Assembly (NCBI GenBank): GCA_965216295.1
Contig: OZ244141.1
Coordinates: 161,819 to 225,818, forward strand
Origin: Minisyncoccota bacterium
GTDB lineage: Bacteria; Patescibacteriota; Minisyncoccia; Phycocordibacterales; JABAAK01
Direction: 5' to 3'
DNA length: 64,000 bases
Made by a program: the position numbers and the translations under genes. Below the pieces are notes generated by a model. The model was given only the letters and a program-made list of their open reading frames with translations, searched no databases and was not told where the DNA came from. Of this stretch, positions 48,730-59,439 are shown in pieces. Positions within the stretch are counted from its first letter, which is position 1. Every line of letters begins with the position of its first letter.

Positions 48730-49170
48730 ATGTACGTCAATAAAGTGTTTGTACTCGGCAATCTCACTAGAGATCCTGAGTCAAAGCAGCTACCAAGTAA
48801 TGTCTTGGTAACAAATCTTGGTATTGCAACCAATCGTGTTTACAAGAACCAGCAGGGTGAGAAGGTGGAGGAAGTCGAATATCACAATATCGTCCTCTTC
48901 GGTAGAATTGCTGAAATTGCTCAGCAATATCTCCGCAAAGGATCTAGTGCCTACATTGAAGGTCGTCTTCGTACCAACTCATGGGAAGCAGATGGAGTGA
49001 AGAAGTATAAAACAGAGATTATCGCTGAGTCATTACAACTCGGTCCAAAACGAGATGGTGCTGGAAAAGGTGATGGCGGTGGTGGCGCTAAGCAGGATGG
49101 TAGCGCAGAGAAAGACGGAGCACCTCAGTATCCAGAAAGTACCATCAAACCAGAAGACATTCCGTTCTAA
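48730..49170 (+). CDS. ssb: Single-stranded DNA-binding protein
   Basis: [21 protein letters not shown] and C-terminal DIPF. Confidence 0.97.
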   Translation: MYVNKVFVLGNLTRDPESKQLPSNVLVTNLGIATNRVYKNQQGEKVEEVEYHNIVLFGRIAEIAQQYLRKGSSAYIEGRLRTNSWEADGVKKYKTEIIAESLQLGPKRDGAGKGDGGGGAKQDGSAEKDGAPQYPESTIKPEDIPF

Positions 49171-49172
49171 CT

Positions 49173-49379
49173 ATGAAAAAGATATCTTGCTATTTTACAA
49201 AACATGACATCAAGTATGTTGATTATCGTGACACGAAACTGTTGCAGAAATTTCTTAATCCTCATGGCAAGATTCTCTCACGCCGTTCTACAGGTCTTTG
49301 TGCCAAGTATCAACGAGCTCTCACTGCAGCGGTGAAACGGTCTCGCTTTATGGCATTTCTACCATATATTGATCCATAG
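49173..49379 (+). CDS. rpsR: 30S ribosomal protein S18
   Basis: VDYRD, GKILSRR.TG and QRAL..AVKRSR..LPY. Confidence 0.95.
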   Translation: MKKISCYFTKHDIKYVDYRDTKLLQKFLNPHGKILSRRSTGLCAKYQRALTAAVKRSRFMAFLPYIDP

Positions 49380-49445
49380 CACTACCTATTGTAGACCCCT
49401 GAATTGCCGGGGGTTGACAGAGAGGGGGGTATATGTCACATTGGT

Positions 49446-49717
49446 GGTAGGTTCTGTTTATGTAGTTGTTGGGTTCTTATGAATCCATTGAGTTTGGATT
49501 GGAATTTTTCCAGCCAATATCTTCAAAGATAACCTTTAATTTGGTTTTATTTTTTTTGTTTACTTTCATAAACATGATGGGGAAGCAATTCTTGTGTCGT
49601 GTTGTGCATTTTGAAAACCTCCAAGTTACTGTTAATTAGAAATAGTTAACAAGAAAATGAAATATATATTTTTTCAATAAACAGAATCCCTCAATCCCAC
49701 CTTTTGGTGGGGTTTTT
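49446..49717 (+). ncRNA. Putative solitary structured ncRNA of the same architecture as the array units
   Basis: gggggTTGACA-17-CACATT upstream; ggttctgtttat pairs with ataaacagaatc (49677-49688); several internal hairpins; terminator cccacc-tttt-ggtggg + U-tract. Confidence 0.52.
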
Positions 49718-49718
49718 C

Positions 49719-50285
49719 TTATACACGACCGACGTATTTACCAGTTTCTGTATTGATCTGTACGGTGTCACCAGAGCGAACAAACAGAGGTGTCGCAACA
49801 ACAGCTCCTGTTTCTAAGACAACCTGCTTACTACCACCCTGCGTTGTGTTGCCACGGAGTGATGGCGGAGCATCACGAACCAGTACCGCTGTTTTAATGG
49901 GCACCTGTATCGCAAGGAGCGTCTCTCCTGAGAAGATACCAGTGACGGTGGTTTTATCTGGAACAAATGAAATACCAGCAATGGTTGCCGTTGACACTTT
50001 GAGGCGTGTGGCGGGGGTATTCGTATGGTGAAACCAACTGACTCCACGATGTGAATAGACATATACCAAGGAACACTTCTCTACCGCTACTTGATTAAAC
50101 GAATCGGATGAATGAAGAGTTTTTGTAATGACCGCCCCTGTGGTGACATTTTTCATACGGACAGTATTTGATCCTTGCTGTCTACTTTTTTTTGAAAACA
50201 CTGCTTCGACACATTCATACACACTATCACGATATGAGAAAAACACTCCTGGCTTGATAGCCGTGTATGAAAGATTTTTTGACAT
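49719..50285 (-). CDS. efp: Elongation factor P (divergent loop)
   Basis: MKNVTTG, RGNTTQGGSK.VVLETG and PLFVRSGD.V.INTETGKYVGR. Confidence 0.88.
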   Translation of the reverse strand: MSKNLSYTAIKPGVFFSYRDSVYECVEAVFSKKSRQQGSNTVRMKNVTTGAVITKTLHSSDSFNQVAVEKCSLVYVYSHRGVSWFHHTNTPATRLKVSTATIAGISFVPDKTTVTGIFSGETLLAIQVPIKTAVLVRDAPPSLRGNTTQGGSKQVVLETGAVVATPLFVRSGDTVQINTETGKYVGRV

Positions 50286-50298
50286 GGCTTTTTGGAAA

Positions 50299-51360
50299 TT
50301 ATCCTTCAGCGAGGCTTGTTAAGACCTTCTTTTCAAGTGTCTTGGCAATCGTTTTATTATCTTTCAAAAAGGTACGTGCTGCGTCATATCCTCGTCCCAA
50401 CTTATGCTCTTCGTAGCTATACGATCCTCCTCCTTTCTTACTCACCAGACCAAAGCGCTCTCCTAAGGCGAGAAGTTCGCCTTCACGGGTAATCCCTTCG
50501 TCATACATCAAATCAAACTCTGCACTTCTGAAAGGGGCACCAACTTTATTTTTTACAACTTTCACACGAACACGACCTCCCATCACTTGTTCTCCCTTCT
50601 TTATCTGTGCAATACGTCGCACATCAAGTCGAACAGAGGTATAAAATTTCAATGCTCTTCCACCGGGTGTTGTTTCTGGACTGCCAAACATGACGCCAAT
50701 TCTCATACGAATCTGATTAATGAAGATAACAACCGTGCGGGATCGTGCAACGATGGCGGTAATCTTTCGAAGTGCTTGGCTCATGAGCCGTGCTTGTCTT
50801 CCAATATGTTCTGCACCCATATCTCCTTCAATTTCTTTTTTTGGGGTGAGGGCTGCAACGGAGTCAATGACGATGACATCTATTTTGCCAGTTCGTACCA
50901 GTGAGTCGACAATCTCCAATGCCTGCTCTCCTGTACTCGGTTGAGAGACGAGAAGGTCATCTACAGCAACACCAATCTTCTTTGCGTACTCTGGATCAAG
51001 GGCATGCTCAGCATCAATAAATGCGCAGACACCATCTTCTTTCTGTGCTTCAGCGATAGCATGCAAAGCAAGTGTAGTCTTTCCCGATGATTCTGGACCA
51101 AAGATTTCAATAATACGACCACGAGGAAGTCCTCCTATACCAAGTGCAAAATCAAGACCGAGTGATCCAGTGGCAATGGCCTTTATTGCAACTCGTGGTT
51201 TCTCACCTAATCGAATAATTGATTCTTCGCCAAATTTCGTTCTGATGGTATTGAGGGCGCTTTTGATTTCAATATCCTCAGGAGTTATCTTGTGGGTCTT
51301 GACTGGGCGCGCTTTCTCTTCGCTCATTGTTTTTGTTTTCTTGGTTATCTTTTTTTTCAT
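50299..51360 (-). CDS. recA: Recombinase RecA
   Basis: [22 protein letters not shown] and [12 protein letters not shown]. Confidence 0.98.
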   Translation of the reverse strand: MKKKITKKTKTMSEEKARPVKTHKITPEDIEIKSALNTIRTKFGEESIIRLGEKPRVAIKAIATGSLGLDFALGIGGLPRGRIIEIFGPESSGKTTLALHAIAEAQKEDGVCAFIDAEHALDPEYAKKIGVAVDDLLVSQPSTGEQALEIVDSLVRTGKIDVIVIDSVAALTPKKEIEGDMGAEHIGRQARLMSQALRKITAIVARSRTVVIFINQIRMRIGVMFGSPETTPGGRALKFYTSVRLDVRRIAQIKKGEQVMGGRVRVKVVKNKVGAPFRSAEFDLMYDEGITREGELLALGERFGLVSKKGGGSYSYEEHKLGRGYDAARTFLKDNKTIAKTLEKKVLTSLAEG

Positions 51361-51688
51361 TGGTATGTATGTAGATGGGTAGTATGATGACTGCTTCCTT
51401 TCCACGCTTGTTACGCGCAGTTAAGCTTACCTCAGTATATCCTAACGGTAATGCGAGGGTGGTGGCAAATTCACCTGTTCGCGTTGGATAGATTCGTCTG
51501 CCGTTAATTGCAAAAAAGGTCGTATGTTTGACATGACCGCGTATCTCAAATACCTGTGTCACCTGCTCGTGTGGTTGTGGTGAAAACACGGTGACAATTG
51601 GTCCTCCGAGAAGTGCTTCAGAACGTATAAGGCCATAGAGAATCGTAGTCACTATGGCTATGGCAACAAGTATCGAAAAGATTCGCAT
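51278..51688 (-). CDS. Membrane-anchored small Ig-like hypothetical protein
   Basis: N-terminal TM then P.V.V.SP...ING...GEF...L..G; 3' end overlaps the recA start. Confidence 0.6.
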   Translation of the reverse strand: MRIFSILVAIAIVTTILYGLIRSEALLGGPIVTVFSPQPHEQVTQVFEIRGHVKHTTFFAINGRRIYPTRTGEFATTLALPLGYTEVSLTARNKRGKEAVIILPIYIHTNEKKDNQENKNNERRESAPSQDPQDNS

Positions 51689-51725
51689 ACACGGCATTGT
51701 ATGGTTTTCAGAAAGGTGGGGCAAC

Positions 51726-53879
51726 CTATACCTCACCGTCCTCGTCGGTGCGATCAACTAGCACCTCTCGTGGTTTTGATCCAAGCTGCGTTCCCACCAC
51801 ACCACGTTCTTCTAAGATGTCTAAGATTCGTGCTGCTCGTGAGTAACCAATCCTGAGTTTTCGTTGCAGAAGGGAAGTAGATGCCTTCTGCATAGACACC
51901 ACAATGTCTTTTGCTTCCTCATAGAGTGTATCATCATCGTCTTGAGAAAAGCCACCACTATCACCACCTGGTTTGCTAGAAAGGTCAATCATGCCTTCTG
52001 CAACACCACTGTTTTTTATCAGAAATTGCACCACTTTTTGAACTTCCTCCTCAGTGCTAAACGCTGCCTGTGCACGGATCGCTTTTTTATATTCAGCTGA
52101 TGCGAAGAGAAGATCACCGCGTCCGATGAGGTTCTCTGCACCGGTTGCATCAAGAATGGTTCGAGAATCAATTTGTGAAGCAACTTGCAATCCAATACGA
52201 ACGGGTACGTTTGCTTTGACGACACCAGTAATCACATTCACTGAGGGTCGTTGTGTAGAGAGAACGAGGTGGATGCCAACTGCACGACTCTTCTGTGCAA
52301 TGCGAACAATGCTTGATTCAATTTCTCGTGGATAGCTCTGCATTAAATCAGCTAACTCATCAATCACGACAACGATGTATGGCATCGGTGTGGCATCTTT
52401 CTGCCCCCTCATCTTCTTATGGTACGAGGCGATATCTCGGGTACCACTTTCTCCAAGGAGTTCATATCGTTTTTCCATTTCACCGACCGTCCACGAGAGT
52501 GCTTGCAAGGCCTTCTTTGGATCAGTGATTGGTTCAGTTAAGAGGTGTGCAATGCCACCGTACTGGGTGAGTTCAACTCGCTTTGGATCGATGAAGATAA
52601 ACCGCACATCACGGGGACCGTAGGCAAAGAGGATTGAAAGGACAAGGTTGTGGATTAAGACACTTTTACCAGATCCTGTGGTACCAGCAATCAAGAGGTG
52701 GGGCATTTTTGCAAGTCCCTGTACCAAAACCTCTCCTGTGATGGTTTTACCGATAGCGATGGGAAGCATATTCGTATTTTTGACGTACTCATTACTTTCA
52801 AGGAGAGTACGAAGTCCAACTGTTGCTCGGGTTGTGTTGGGTACCTCAATACCAACAAGCGCTTTGCCAGGGATAGGTGCCTCAATGCGTACAGGGTGTG
52901 CAGCAAGTGCTAATTCCAGATTGCTCTGCAGACCAACTATCTTAGAGAGCCTCACCCCTTCCGCTGGTTTCACTGAATATCTCGTGAAAGTAGGTCCAAC
53001 AACAACTTCTTCTACTTCTATTGCCACTTTGAAGTTTTGCAGTGTTCGTTTGATGGCGTCAGCATTGACACGGGTATCACCAGCACGTCCTCGACCCCGT
53101 TCGCCCTGTAAAAGAGAGAGTGGTGGGACGGTGTAGTGTTTTTCACGAGGTATGGCCTCTTCTTTTTCATCTTCATCCTCATCATATTCTTCGCTTTCCT
53201 CGTCTTCTTCGTCATATTCCTCCTCTTCGTCATATTCCTCCTCTTCATCCTCGTCATACTCTTCATCACCCTCATTTTCCTCCTCCTCATCTTCTTCCTC
53301 GTCATATTCTTCATCTCCTTCGTCATACTCCTCATCCTCATCATCGTTTTTGTCACGTCGCATATCATCACCTCGTAAGTATGCAGTCAGTCGCTCCCAT
53401 GCATGTGTTGGTGAGAATAGTCCCATGGTGGTAAATGCAAGTATGAAAAGAAATGGTAAGAGAAGGTAGGTAAAAGAGCCGAGGTAAGAGAGTAGTTGTG
53501 AGAGAAGTAACACACCAAGGAGTCCACCAGCTGTTTCACTAAAACTTGCAGTTAAGAAAACAGTGGTACACAAGAAGCACAACGCACTGCCAGACCAGAA
53601 TCGTAGAAAAGAAACATGTCGCACACGTGCGAGATGTTGGTAGCTTGCAAAGAGGAGTATAGGAATGAGAAGGAGGTATCCCCAGCCAGCCAGTGAGAAA
53701 ATCCAGGTACGAACAACAGCGCCCCAAGACCCTCCCTGCCAGAAGGAGGCAAAGAGGAGGAAAAGCGCTGTGAGGAGGAAAATAACGCCAATAACGACAC
53801 CTATTCCACTCTCCTCGTGAGTGTTCCGCCAGGTGCGTAAAAAACCCCAAAAACCGCCTTTCTTTTGTTTTCTTGCCAT
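51726..53879 (-). CDS. ftsK: DNA translocase FtsK/SpoIIIE
   Basis: N-terminal TMs, acidic linker, PHLLIAGTTGSGKS, IDELADLM and gamma domain LQRKLRIGYSRAAR. Confidence 0.96.
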   Translation of the reverse strand: MARKQKKGGFWGFLRTWRNTHEESGIGVVIGVIFLLTALFLLFASFWQGGSWGAVVRTWIFSLAGWGYLLLIPILLFASYQHLARVRHVSFLRFWSGSALCFLCTTVFLTASFSETAGGLLGVLLLSQLLSYLGSFTYLLLPFLFILAFTTMGLFSPTHAWERLTAYLRGDDMRRDKNDDEDEEYDEGDEEYDEEEDEEEENEGDEEYDEDEEEEYDEEEEYDEEDEESEEYDEDEDEKEEAIPREKHYTVPPLSLLQGERGRGRAGDTRVNADAIKRTLQNFKVAIEVEEVVVGPTFTRYSVKPAEGVRLSKIVGLQSNLELALAAHPVRIEAPIPGKALVGIEVPNTTRATVGLRTLLESNEYVKNTNMLPIAIGKTITGEVLVQGLAKMPHLLIAGTTGSGKSVLIHNLVLSILFAYGPRDVRFIFIDPKRVELTQYGGIAHLLTEPITDPKKALQALSWTVGEMEKRYELLGESGTRDIASYHKKMRGQKDATPMPYIVVVIDELADLMQSYPREIESSIVRIAQKSRAVGIHLVLSTQRPSVNVITGVVKANVPVRIGLQVASQIDSRTILDATGAENLIGRGDLLFASAEYKKAIRAQAAFSTEEEVQKVVQFLIKNSGVAEGMIDLSSKPGGDSGGFSQDDDDTLYEEAKDIVVSMQKASTSLLQRKLRIGYSRAARILDILEERGVVGTQLGSKPREVLVDRTDEDGEV

Positions 53880-54110
53880 ATCAGTATCAGTCACAGTATC
53901 GCATATTTTACCGACACAGTATTGAATGGTGTGGGTATGTTCGTAACTGTTGTTATCATTTTCCACATCTACTTTGCTATCCTCCATACAAACCGCTACA
54001 ATGAGAAAGACGCTTAGAGTATGTAATGTGTGAAGTGTTAATCGGTAACGGTTACCTTGACTATTGCATTTGAAGTGTCGCTTAATTAATTACAAAATTC
54101 TTAATCGATT

Positions 54111-57100
54111 ATGAATATTGTTGCAAATAAAACAATAGCAGTGTTTGTTTCAGCAGCATTTGTGTTTACTGCGTATTTTGTGTACACGCCATTGGCGAAC
54201 GCACAAAGTTCACAGGATGAAACTATTGCAAAACTTCTCGCACAAATCGAGGCATTGACCAAACAGGTCAGCGCCTTGAGTAGTAACAGTGGTGGTAGCA
54301 GTATAACAACAACCACAAATAATGCTTGTTCATATGCATGGACAAAAAACTTAGCTATAGGAAGTTCTGGTGAAGACGTTCTCCGGTTACAACGCTTCCT
54401 CAATGGCGACTCTGCGACTACTGTGGCAACCTCGGGAGCTGGATCAGTGGGTAGTGAAACCCGCTACTACGGTCCTGCAACCGCAAATGCGGTTTCCCGT
54501 TTCCAGGAAAAGTATGCTAGTGCTATTCTCTCGCCACTTGGCTTGACGAAAGGTACTGGTAATTTCTCTGTATCTACGCGCGGAGAGGCAAATCGTCTCT
54601 GTGGCAGTGGTGGAGGTACTAATACTGGAGGTTCCACAATTCCTGTTGTTGGTGGTGATTTGAATGTATCGGATGCTCGACAACCGGCTAATGGTTACGC
54701 TGTTGCAGGTGCACAGCGTGTTCCATTCACTTCATTTACTCTTACCGCGGGGAGTAATGATGTACGAGTAAGTGGTATTGAAGTTCGTCAGGTTGGTCTT
54801 TCCAAACGAGACGACTTTGATTCAGTTGCTCTTGTTGATGGTAATGGAGTACAACTTGGTAGCTCACGGTCGCTGAACTCAGATAAAGAGGCAACCGTTG
54901 GAGGTAGATTTACCGTTCCACGCGGTCAATCAGTTACTTTGACAGTTGTTGGTGATATTGGTGATGAAGCATCATCTGGTATCGCTCAGCTACAAGTAAC
55001 CAGTGTGGAGGCAAACGGACAGGTTTCTGGTCGTTTCCCTATTAAAGGTGCGTTACACGCTTTCTCAGATGCTGTAACACTTAGTAAAGTAGACGTAATT
55101 TCTGGTGGTTCTGGTAATGATAACTTGGAATTGAATTCATTGGAAGACCTTGCTAAGTTTGAATTGCAAATTGGTTCAACAGGTAATGAGGATGCATACC
55201 TCAAATCAATTACTTTTGAACAAGCAGGTTCTATTGACGCAGATGATTTTGATAACGATTTAGAACTCGTTGTTGATAACAGAGATTCATATCGTCTACG
55301 TTCAGGAAACGATGATCGTTACACGGTTGTCTTTTCTGGTAGAGGGTACAAAATTGAAGAGGGCGATAGGGTTGATTTGACCATTGAAGGTTCAGTGGTT
55401 GATGGTACATCTCGTACTGTTGAATTCACTCTTGATGACCCATCAGATGTCTATGTTGTTGGTGCTGATTTCGGATATGGTTTACCAGTAAGGTTTGGTG
55501 GTGATGATGATGGTGATAGTATCGTAAGTTATAAGTGGAATGTGACTGGTGGTAATGGTGACATTAATAGGGGTACTGCTTTGAACTCAAGTGACTTTAA
55601 TGTCACCTATGGAGATAATCGTCTCATTGGTGCATTTGATGTTGAAATTGAGGGTGAAGCGGTCGAATTTGAAGATCCAGAATTCAGCGTTACTATCTCT
55701 GGTGCCGCAGGCAAAATTTCTCAAAAGATATTGGATGCTCTTGATGGTGATGGTGATGATGAGTTGAGTATTGACAGACCATATCTTGAGATAGATGGTC
55801 GAAAGTACGCAGACGCAGAAGACTTTGTTTTCAAGACTAGCGACATCAGTGGTACTGCTGCTACTGGAGTTGTTGCGACGAAAACATTAAAGTTCTCTAA
55901 CAACTTTGATCTCTCTGAAAAAAGAGATGAAGAGGAGTACACTTGGATTGTGAAAGGTGATCTTGATACCGATTGGCCTGATGGCACAAAGGTAACATTG
56001 AAGCTTGTCAGATTTAAGAGTGCAGAGGGAGTAGTTTCAGGTGATAGTTACACAGCAGATGGTAAGGCATTTGCACAAAATGGTGATTTCATCATTGAAT
56101 CAGATGACGTTACTATCGAAGGTAACCTTGTAAAATTCTCACTTACTGGTCGTACTGTTGATGAAACACAGTATGTTGCTGATGTTGAGGGTGTCCCATT
56201 CGCTACCGTTGAGATTGACGCAGGTGATTCAAGTGAAGATGTTTCGGTGAGTCAGTTAGAGGTAACATTGGAAGCAACAGGCACAAACCTTGAGGAATTG
56301 AGAAGGTGTGATTTGTTGAATGATAAGGATGATAAGAGATCATCAGTATTGAGCAGGCGAGAAACTCCGAAAGGCGATGATCCTGGTACAACAAAACTCT
56401 CCTTTAACTTCGATAGGGGGTATGAAGTACGTGCTGGAGATACTGATCAATTAACCCTTGTGTGTGACATTAAAAGAAATGCTACGAACGCAGGTCGGTA
56501 TCAATTCAAATTCTTAACCACCAACAATGTGCGGTACGAAATTGGTCGAGATAGCTTTAATGTTGCAGTAGTAGAGAGAGATGACCTTGGTGAAACTATA
56601 ACAATTAGTGATCAAGCTACTTTGAATGTTCGTACTATTGCAGAACAGGGGTCAGAAGGAAGTCGAATTGTTGTTGCAACAGGTAACGAAGGCCAAGATG
56701 AAATTTTGGTTGGTGAAATTGAATTTGAAGCAGAACAGTCTGATGTGACTCTTAACAAGATTGTCCTAACAGGTGTGTTGACGAATACTGCATCAGGTAC
56801 TTTAAATAGTGCTGTGATAGAGTCAATACAACTTAAGCATGGTGGTGTAATGAAAGAAATAGCTAACGAAGTTGAGTTAGATAATGCGGGCAGGATTGAA
56901 TTTGAGAGCTTAGACTTTGATTTTGAGAGTGGTCGTAAAGAACGGGTTGAAGTATATGTTTCAGTTAATGGTATTAACGGTGATTCATCATCTAAAACTG
57001 GTATTTCAGGTGCTCAGTTTGATCTTAAGGTAATTGAAACTAGTTACCAAGCTAAAGCGGGTGTTACTACTGAACAAACACAATCGTACCAAGCAACAGA

Positions 57101-57680
57101 TGGTAATCTTAATAACTTGAATGGAATACTTACCTATCGTGCAACACCGACAGTTTCTTCAAGAACAGTCAAACAAACCGGTAGTGGTACGAACACTAAA
57201 CTCTACGAGTTTAGAGTAGGTAATGATTCAGAAGAGGGAGTATACTTCGGTAAAGCTGTGCTTGATGTAACACTTTCTGGAGCAACAATATCAAACGTTA
57301 CTCTCTATGCTGGTGATTCTAATGACAGTGAAAGTCAATTAGCAAGTGTATCTGGTAGTGTTTCTGGTGGGGAAGTGATTTTAACACTAGATGATGTACA
57401 GCGAATTGATAGTGGTGGTTCAACACTCTTCTCTGTATACGGTACCTTGAATGACGGAAGTGGTGATAGTGATAAGGTAACAGTAGGTTTGAGAAGCGGT
57501 GGTACCCCTGCTGCTGCTGCTGCGCTATCAGGAGTTGTTACGACTAATAACGGTTTCGTTTGGTCACCAAACTCTGCTAATAACTTCGGTGGGCCTGCCG
57601 CGACGGTTGTTGATTGGTTCACGGGTGCAAGTATTATTAGAGGAAGTGGAATCAACAACTGGACTACTGATACTGACTAG
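54111..57680 (+). CDS. Large cell-surface (S-layer-like) protein with N-terminal peptidoglycan-binding-like domain
   Basis: Signal peptide, coiled coil, NLAIGSSGEDVLRLQRFLN...YYGPATANAVSRFQ and a long acidic beta-rich body. Confidence 0.75.
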   Translation: MNIVANKTIAVFVSAAFVFTAYFVYTPLANAQSSQDETIAKLLAQIEALTKQVSALSSNSGGSSITTTTNNACSYAWTKNLAIGSSGEDVLRLQRFLNGDSATTVATSGAGSVGSETRYYGPATANAVSRFQEKYASAILSPLGLTKGTGNFSVSTRGEANRLCGSGGGTNTGGSTIPVVGGDLNVSDARQPANGYAVAGAQRVPFTSFTLTAGSNDVRVSGIEVRQVGLSKRDDFDSVALVDGNGVQLGSSRSLNSDKEATVGGRFTVPRGQSVTLTVVGDIGDEASSGIAQLQVTSVEANGQVSGRFPIKGALHAFSDAVTLSKVDVISGGSGNDNLELNSLEDLAKFELQIGSTGNEDAYLKSITFEQAGSIDADDFDNDLELVVDNRDSYRLRSGNDDRYTVVFSGRGYKIEEGDRVDLTIEGSVVDGTSRTVEFTLDDPSDVYVVGADFGYGLPVRFGGDDDGDSIVSYKWNVTGGNGDINRGTALNSSDFNVTYGDNRLIGAFDVEIEGEAVEFEDPEFSVTISGAAGKISQKILDALDGDGDDELSIDRPYLEIDGRKYADAEDFVFKTSDISGTAATGVVATKTLKFSNNFDLSEKRDEEEYTWIVKGDLDTDWPDGTKVTLKLVRFKSAEGVVSGDSYTADGKAFAQNGDFIIESDDVTIEGNLVKFSLTGRTVDETQYVADVEGVPFATVEIDAGDSSEDVSVSQLEVTLEATGTNLEELRRCDLLNDKDDKRSSVLSRRETPKGDDPGTTKLSFNFDRGYEVRAGDTDQLTLVCDIKRNATNAGRYQFKFLTTNNVRYEIGRDSFNVAVVERDDLGETITISDQATLNVRTIAEQGSEGSRIVVATGNEGQDEILVGEIEFEAEQSDVTLNKIVLTGVLTNTASGTLNSAVIESIQLKHGGVMKEIANEVELDNAGRIEFESLDFDFESGRKERVEVYVSVNGINGDSSSKTGISGAQFDLKVIETSYQAKAGVTTEQTQSYQATDGNLNNLNGILTYRATPTVSSRTVKQTGSGTNTKLYEFRVGNDSEEGVYFGKAVLDVTLSGATISNVTLYAGDSNDSESQLASVSGSVSGGEVILTLDDVQRIDSGGSTLFSVYGTLNDGSGDSDKVTVGLRSGGTPAAAAALSGVVTTNNGFVWSPNSANNFGGPAATVVDWFTGASIIRGSGINNWTTDTD

Positions 57681-57721
57681 GATAAGAAAGATATTTGGTG
57701 GATCTCTTTCATATCTGAAAG

Positions 57722-57756
57722 GAACCAAGAACGCCCTTCGGGGCGTTTTTGGTTTT
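57722..57756 (+). terminator. Intrinsic terminator after the surface protein gene
   Basis: aaccaagaacgccc-ttcg-gggcgtttttggtt with a UUCG loop. Confidence 0.8.
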
Positions 57757-57811
57757 GTCATGTACTATTAGAAACTTGCAAGACAGTACGGTGTACGGTA
57801 GGATGCAGATA

Positions 57812-57868
57812 AGGTCCAAAGACAGTAGGTAATCATGGTGAGCCGTGATATAAATCCTACCGAGGTCA
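57812..57868 (+). promoter_or_regulatory. L10 leader (rplJ autoregulatory RNA)
   Basis: ccaaagacagtagg...taaatcctaccgagg matches the known L10-leader pattern and lies directly upstream of rplJ. Confidence 0.78.
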
Positions 57869-57908
57869 TATGGAGAAATGGGCCTATACAGGCTCATTGT
57901 TGGTATAT

Positions 57909-58400
57909 ATGGCGATATCAAGGACAAAAAAAGAGAACATCGTACAAAACCTAGAAGATATACTGAAACAGGCTAAAACAGTCGTTTTTGTCAGTTTTAG
58001 GGGTATCCTAGTAGATGAGATTACAGCTATGCGTCACTCCCTAGCAAATGAAGAGGTTGGCTATTTGGTAACAAAAAAGACACTTCTGAAGCGTGCGTTT
58101 GAAGATATCTACAAAGGAGAGAATCTTCCGGAACTCGATGGTGAGATTGCCATTGCTTACGGAGACGATATCGTTGCACCGGCACGGTTGATACGAGAGG
58201 CGGGAGAGCAGATCGATGGTCAATTACACATTGTTGGAGGTATCTTTGAGGGTCAGATAGTGTCGTCCGAAAAGATGAATGATATCGCTCACGTTCCATC
58301 ACTCCAAACCCTCTACGCACAACTGGTAATGGTACTGCATGCGCCAATACGGAAATGTGTCGTAGCGCTTGGACAAATTGCAAATACAAAAAATAATTAA
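57909..58400 (+). CDS. rplJ: 50S ribosomal protein L10
   Basis: [19 protein letters not shown] and GGIFEG. Confidence 0.93.
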   Translation: MAISRTKKENIVQNLEDILKQAKTVVFVSFRGILVDEITAMRHSLANEEVGYLVTKKTLLKRAFEDIYKGENLPELDGEIAIAYGDDIVAPARLIREAGEQIDGQLHIVGGIFEGQIVSSEKMNDIAHVPSLQTLYAQLVMVLHAPIRKCVVALGQIANTKNN

Positions 58401-58408
58401 CTATATAC

Positions 58409-58822
58409 ATGACTGAAGATACAGAAAAAAAAGAAAGCACGACAGAGCAGGTTGCAGTGCCAAAGAAGTTTCAACAAATTGTTGAGAGTATTGAGAAAAT
58501 GAGTGTTTTAGAATTAAACGAACTGGTGAAACTGTTTGAAAAGAAGTTTGATGTTTCCGCTGTAGTGACTGCTGCAGCAACAACTGATACAGCAAAAGAA
58601 GATGCTGGTGGTGGTTTGGTAAGCCTTACGATTGAGGCGGCTGGTACAAGCAAGATTCAGATTATTAAAATTGCAAAAGAAGTGCTTGGGTTAGGATTGA
58701 AAGAGGCAAAAGATTTTGTTGATAGTGCACCGAAAGTATTGAAAGAGGGTATTACCACCGATGAAGCCGAAGCGTTGAAAAAGCAACTTGAAGAAGCTGG
58801 AGCTACAGTGAGTATCAAGTAG
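58409..58822 (+). CDS. rplL: 50S ribosomal protein L7/L12
   Basis: [20 protein letters not shown] and LEEAGATV. Confidence 0.97.
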   Translation: MTEDTEKKESTTEQVAVPKKFQQIVESIEKMSVLELNELVKLFEKKFDVSAVVTAAATTDTAKEDAGGGLVSLTIEAAGTSKIQIIKIAKEVLGLGLKEAKDFVDSAPKVLKEGITTDEAEALKKQLEEAGATVSIK

Positions 58823-58834
58823 AGAGGTAGGTAA

Positions 58835-58876
58835 GAAAAAGCCTCGCCATCCAGATAATCTAGATAACGAGACTTT
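58835..58876 (-). terminator. Intrinsic terminator of the 58895-59245 gene
   Basis: Minus strand agtctcgttatctaga-tta-tctggatggcgaggct-tttt. Confidence 0.65.
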
Positions 58877-58894
58877 CACAATTGCTGTCAATGA

Positions 58895-59245
58895 TTAATG
58901 GATTGGATAACACAAAGGTTGTCCATAGGCATTATATTGACCATGATGGGCATAACCAAACGGACAAGACACCCTCACCACCTGTGTTGCCCGAGGGACA
59001 TACACTGGAGGGGGCATATAGTACCGTTGATTACTCGAATAATAAAATCTATTCGGGTAGTAAACCCTACCATGAGATACAGTAGTCACACCTCTCGGCT
59101 GAAATATAGCATCGAGAAGATTAGACCCGAACCACACACCAGCGATAGTTGCAATTGTATCTCCCGTATCACCAGCCACAGCAACAGTACTTGTAGATAC
59201 TGTCATCATGCATGACAATATTGCGGCAATGAAATATCTTTTCAT
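58895..59245 (-). CDS. Small secreted protein with C-terminal two-Cys motif
   Basis: AAAGGAGG SD, signal peptide MKRYFIAAIL..., C-terminus CPFGYAHHGQYNAYGQPLC. Confidence 0.72.
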   Translation of the reverse strand: MKRYFIAAILSCMMTVSTSTVAVAGDTGDTIATIAGVWFGSNLLDAIFQPRGVTTVSHGRVYYPNRFYYSSNQRYYMPPPVYVPRATQVVRVSCPFGYAHHGQYNAYGQPLCYPIH

Positions 59246-59439
59246 TGAAATACCTCCTTTTGAAAAAAGACAATGCGGTAAGGAGTCTAAAAGACTCCAA
59301 ACCACTCCAGAAACAGTATATATCATATTCAAAAAATATGCTGTAACAAGATCTATATTGCGTATATATATAAAAAAAGAGGGCATGTTACATTAAAGTG
59401 ACATACCCCCTTTTGGTTGTTTTTGCGATAACAATTATC

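Noticed and set aside
53018-53469. Overlapping ORFs rich in Ser, Met or Phe/Ile
   Set aside because: They are alternative-frame shadows of the acidic low-complexity linker of FtsK.
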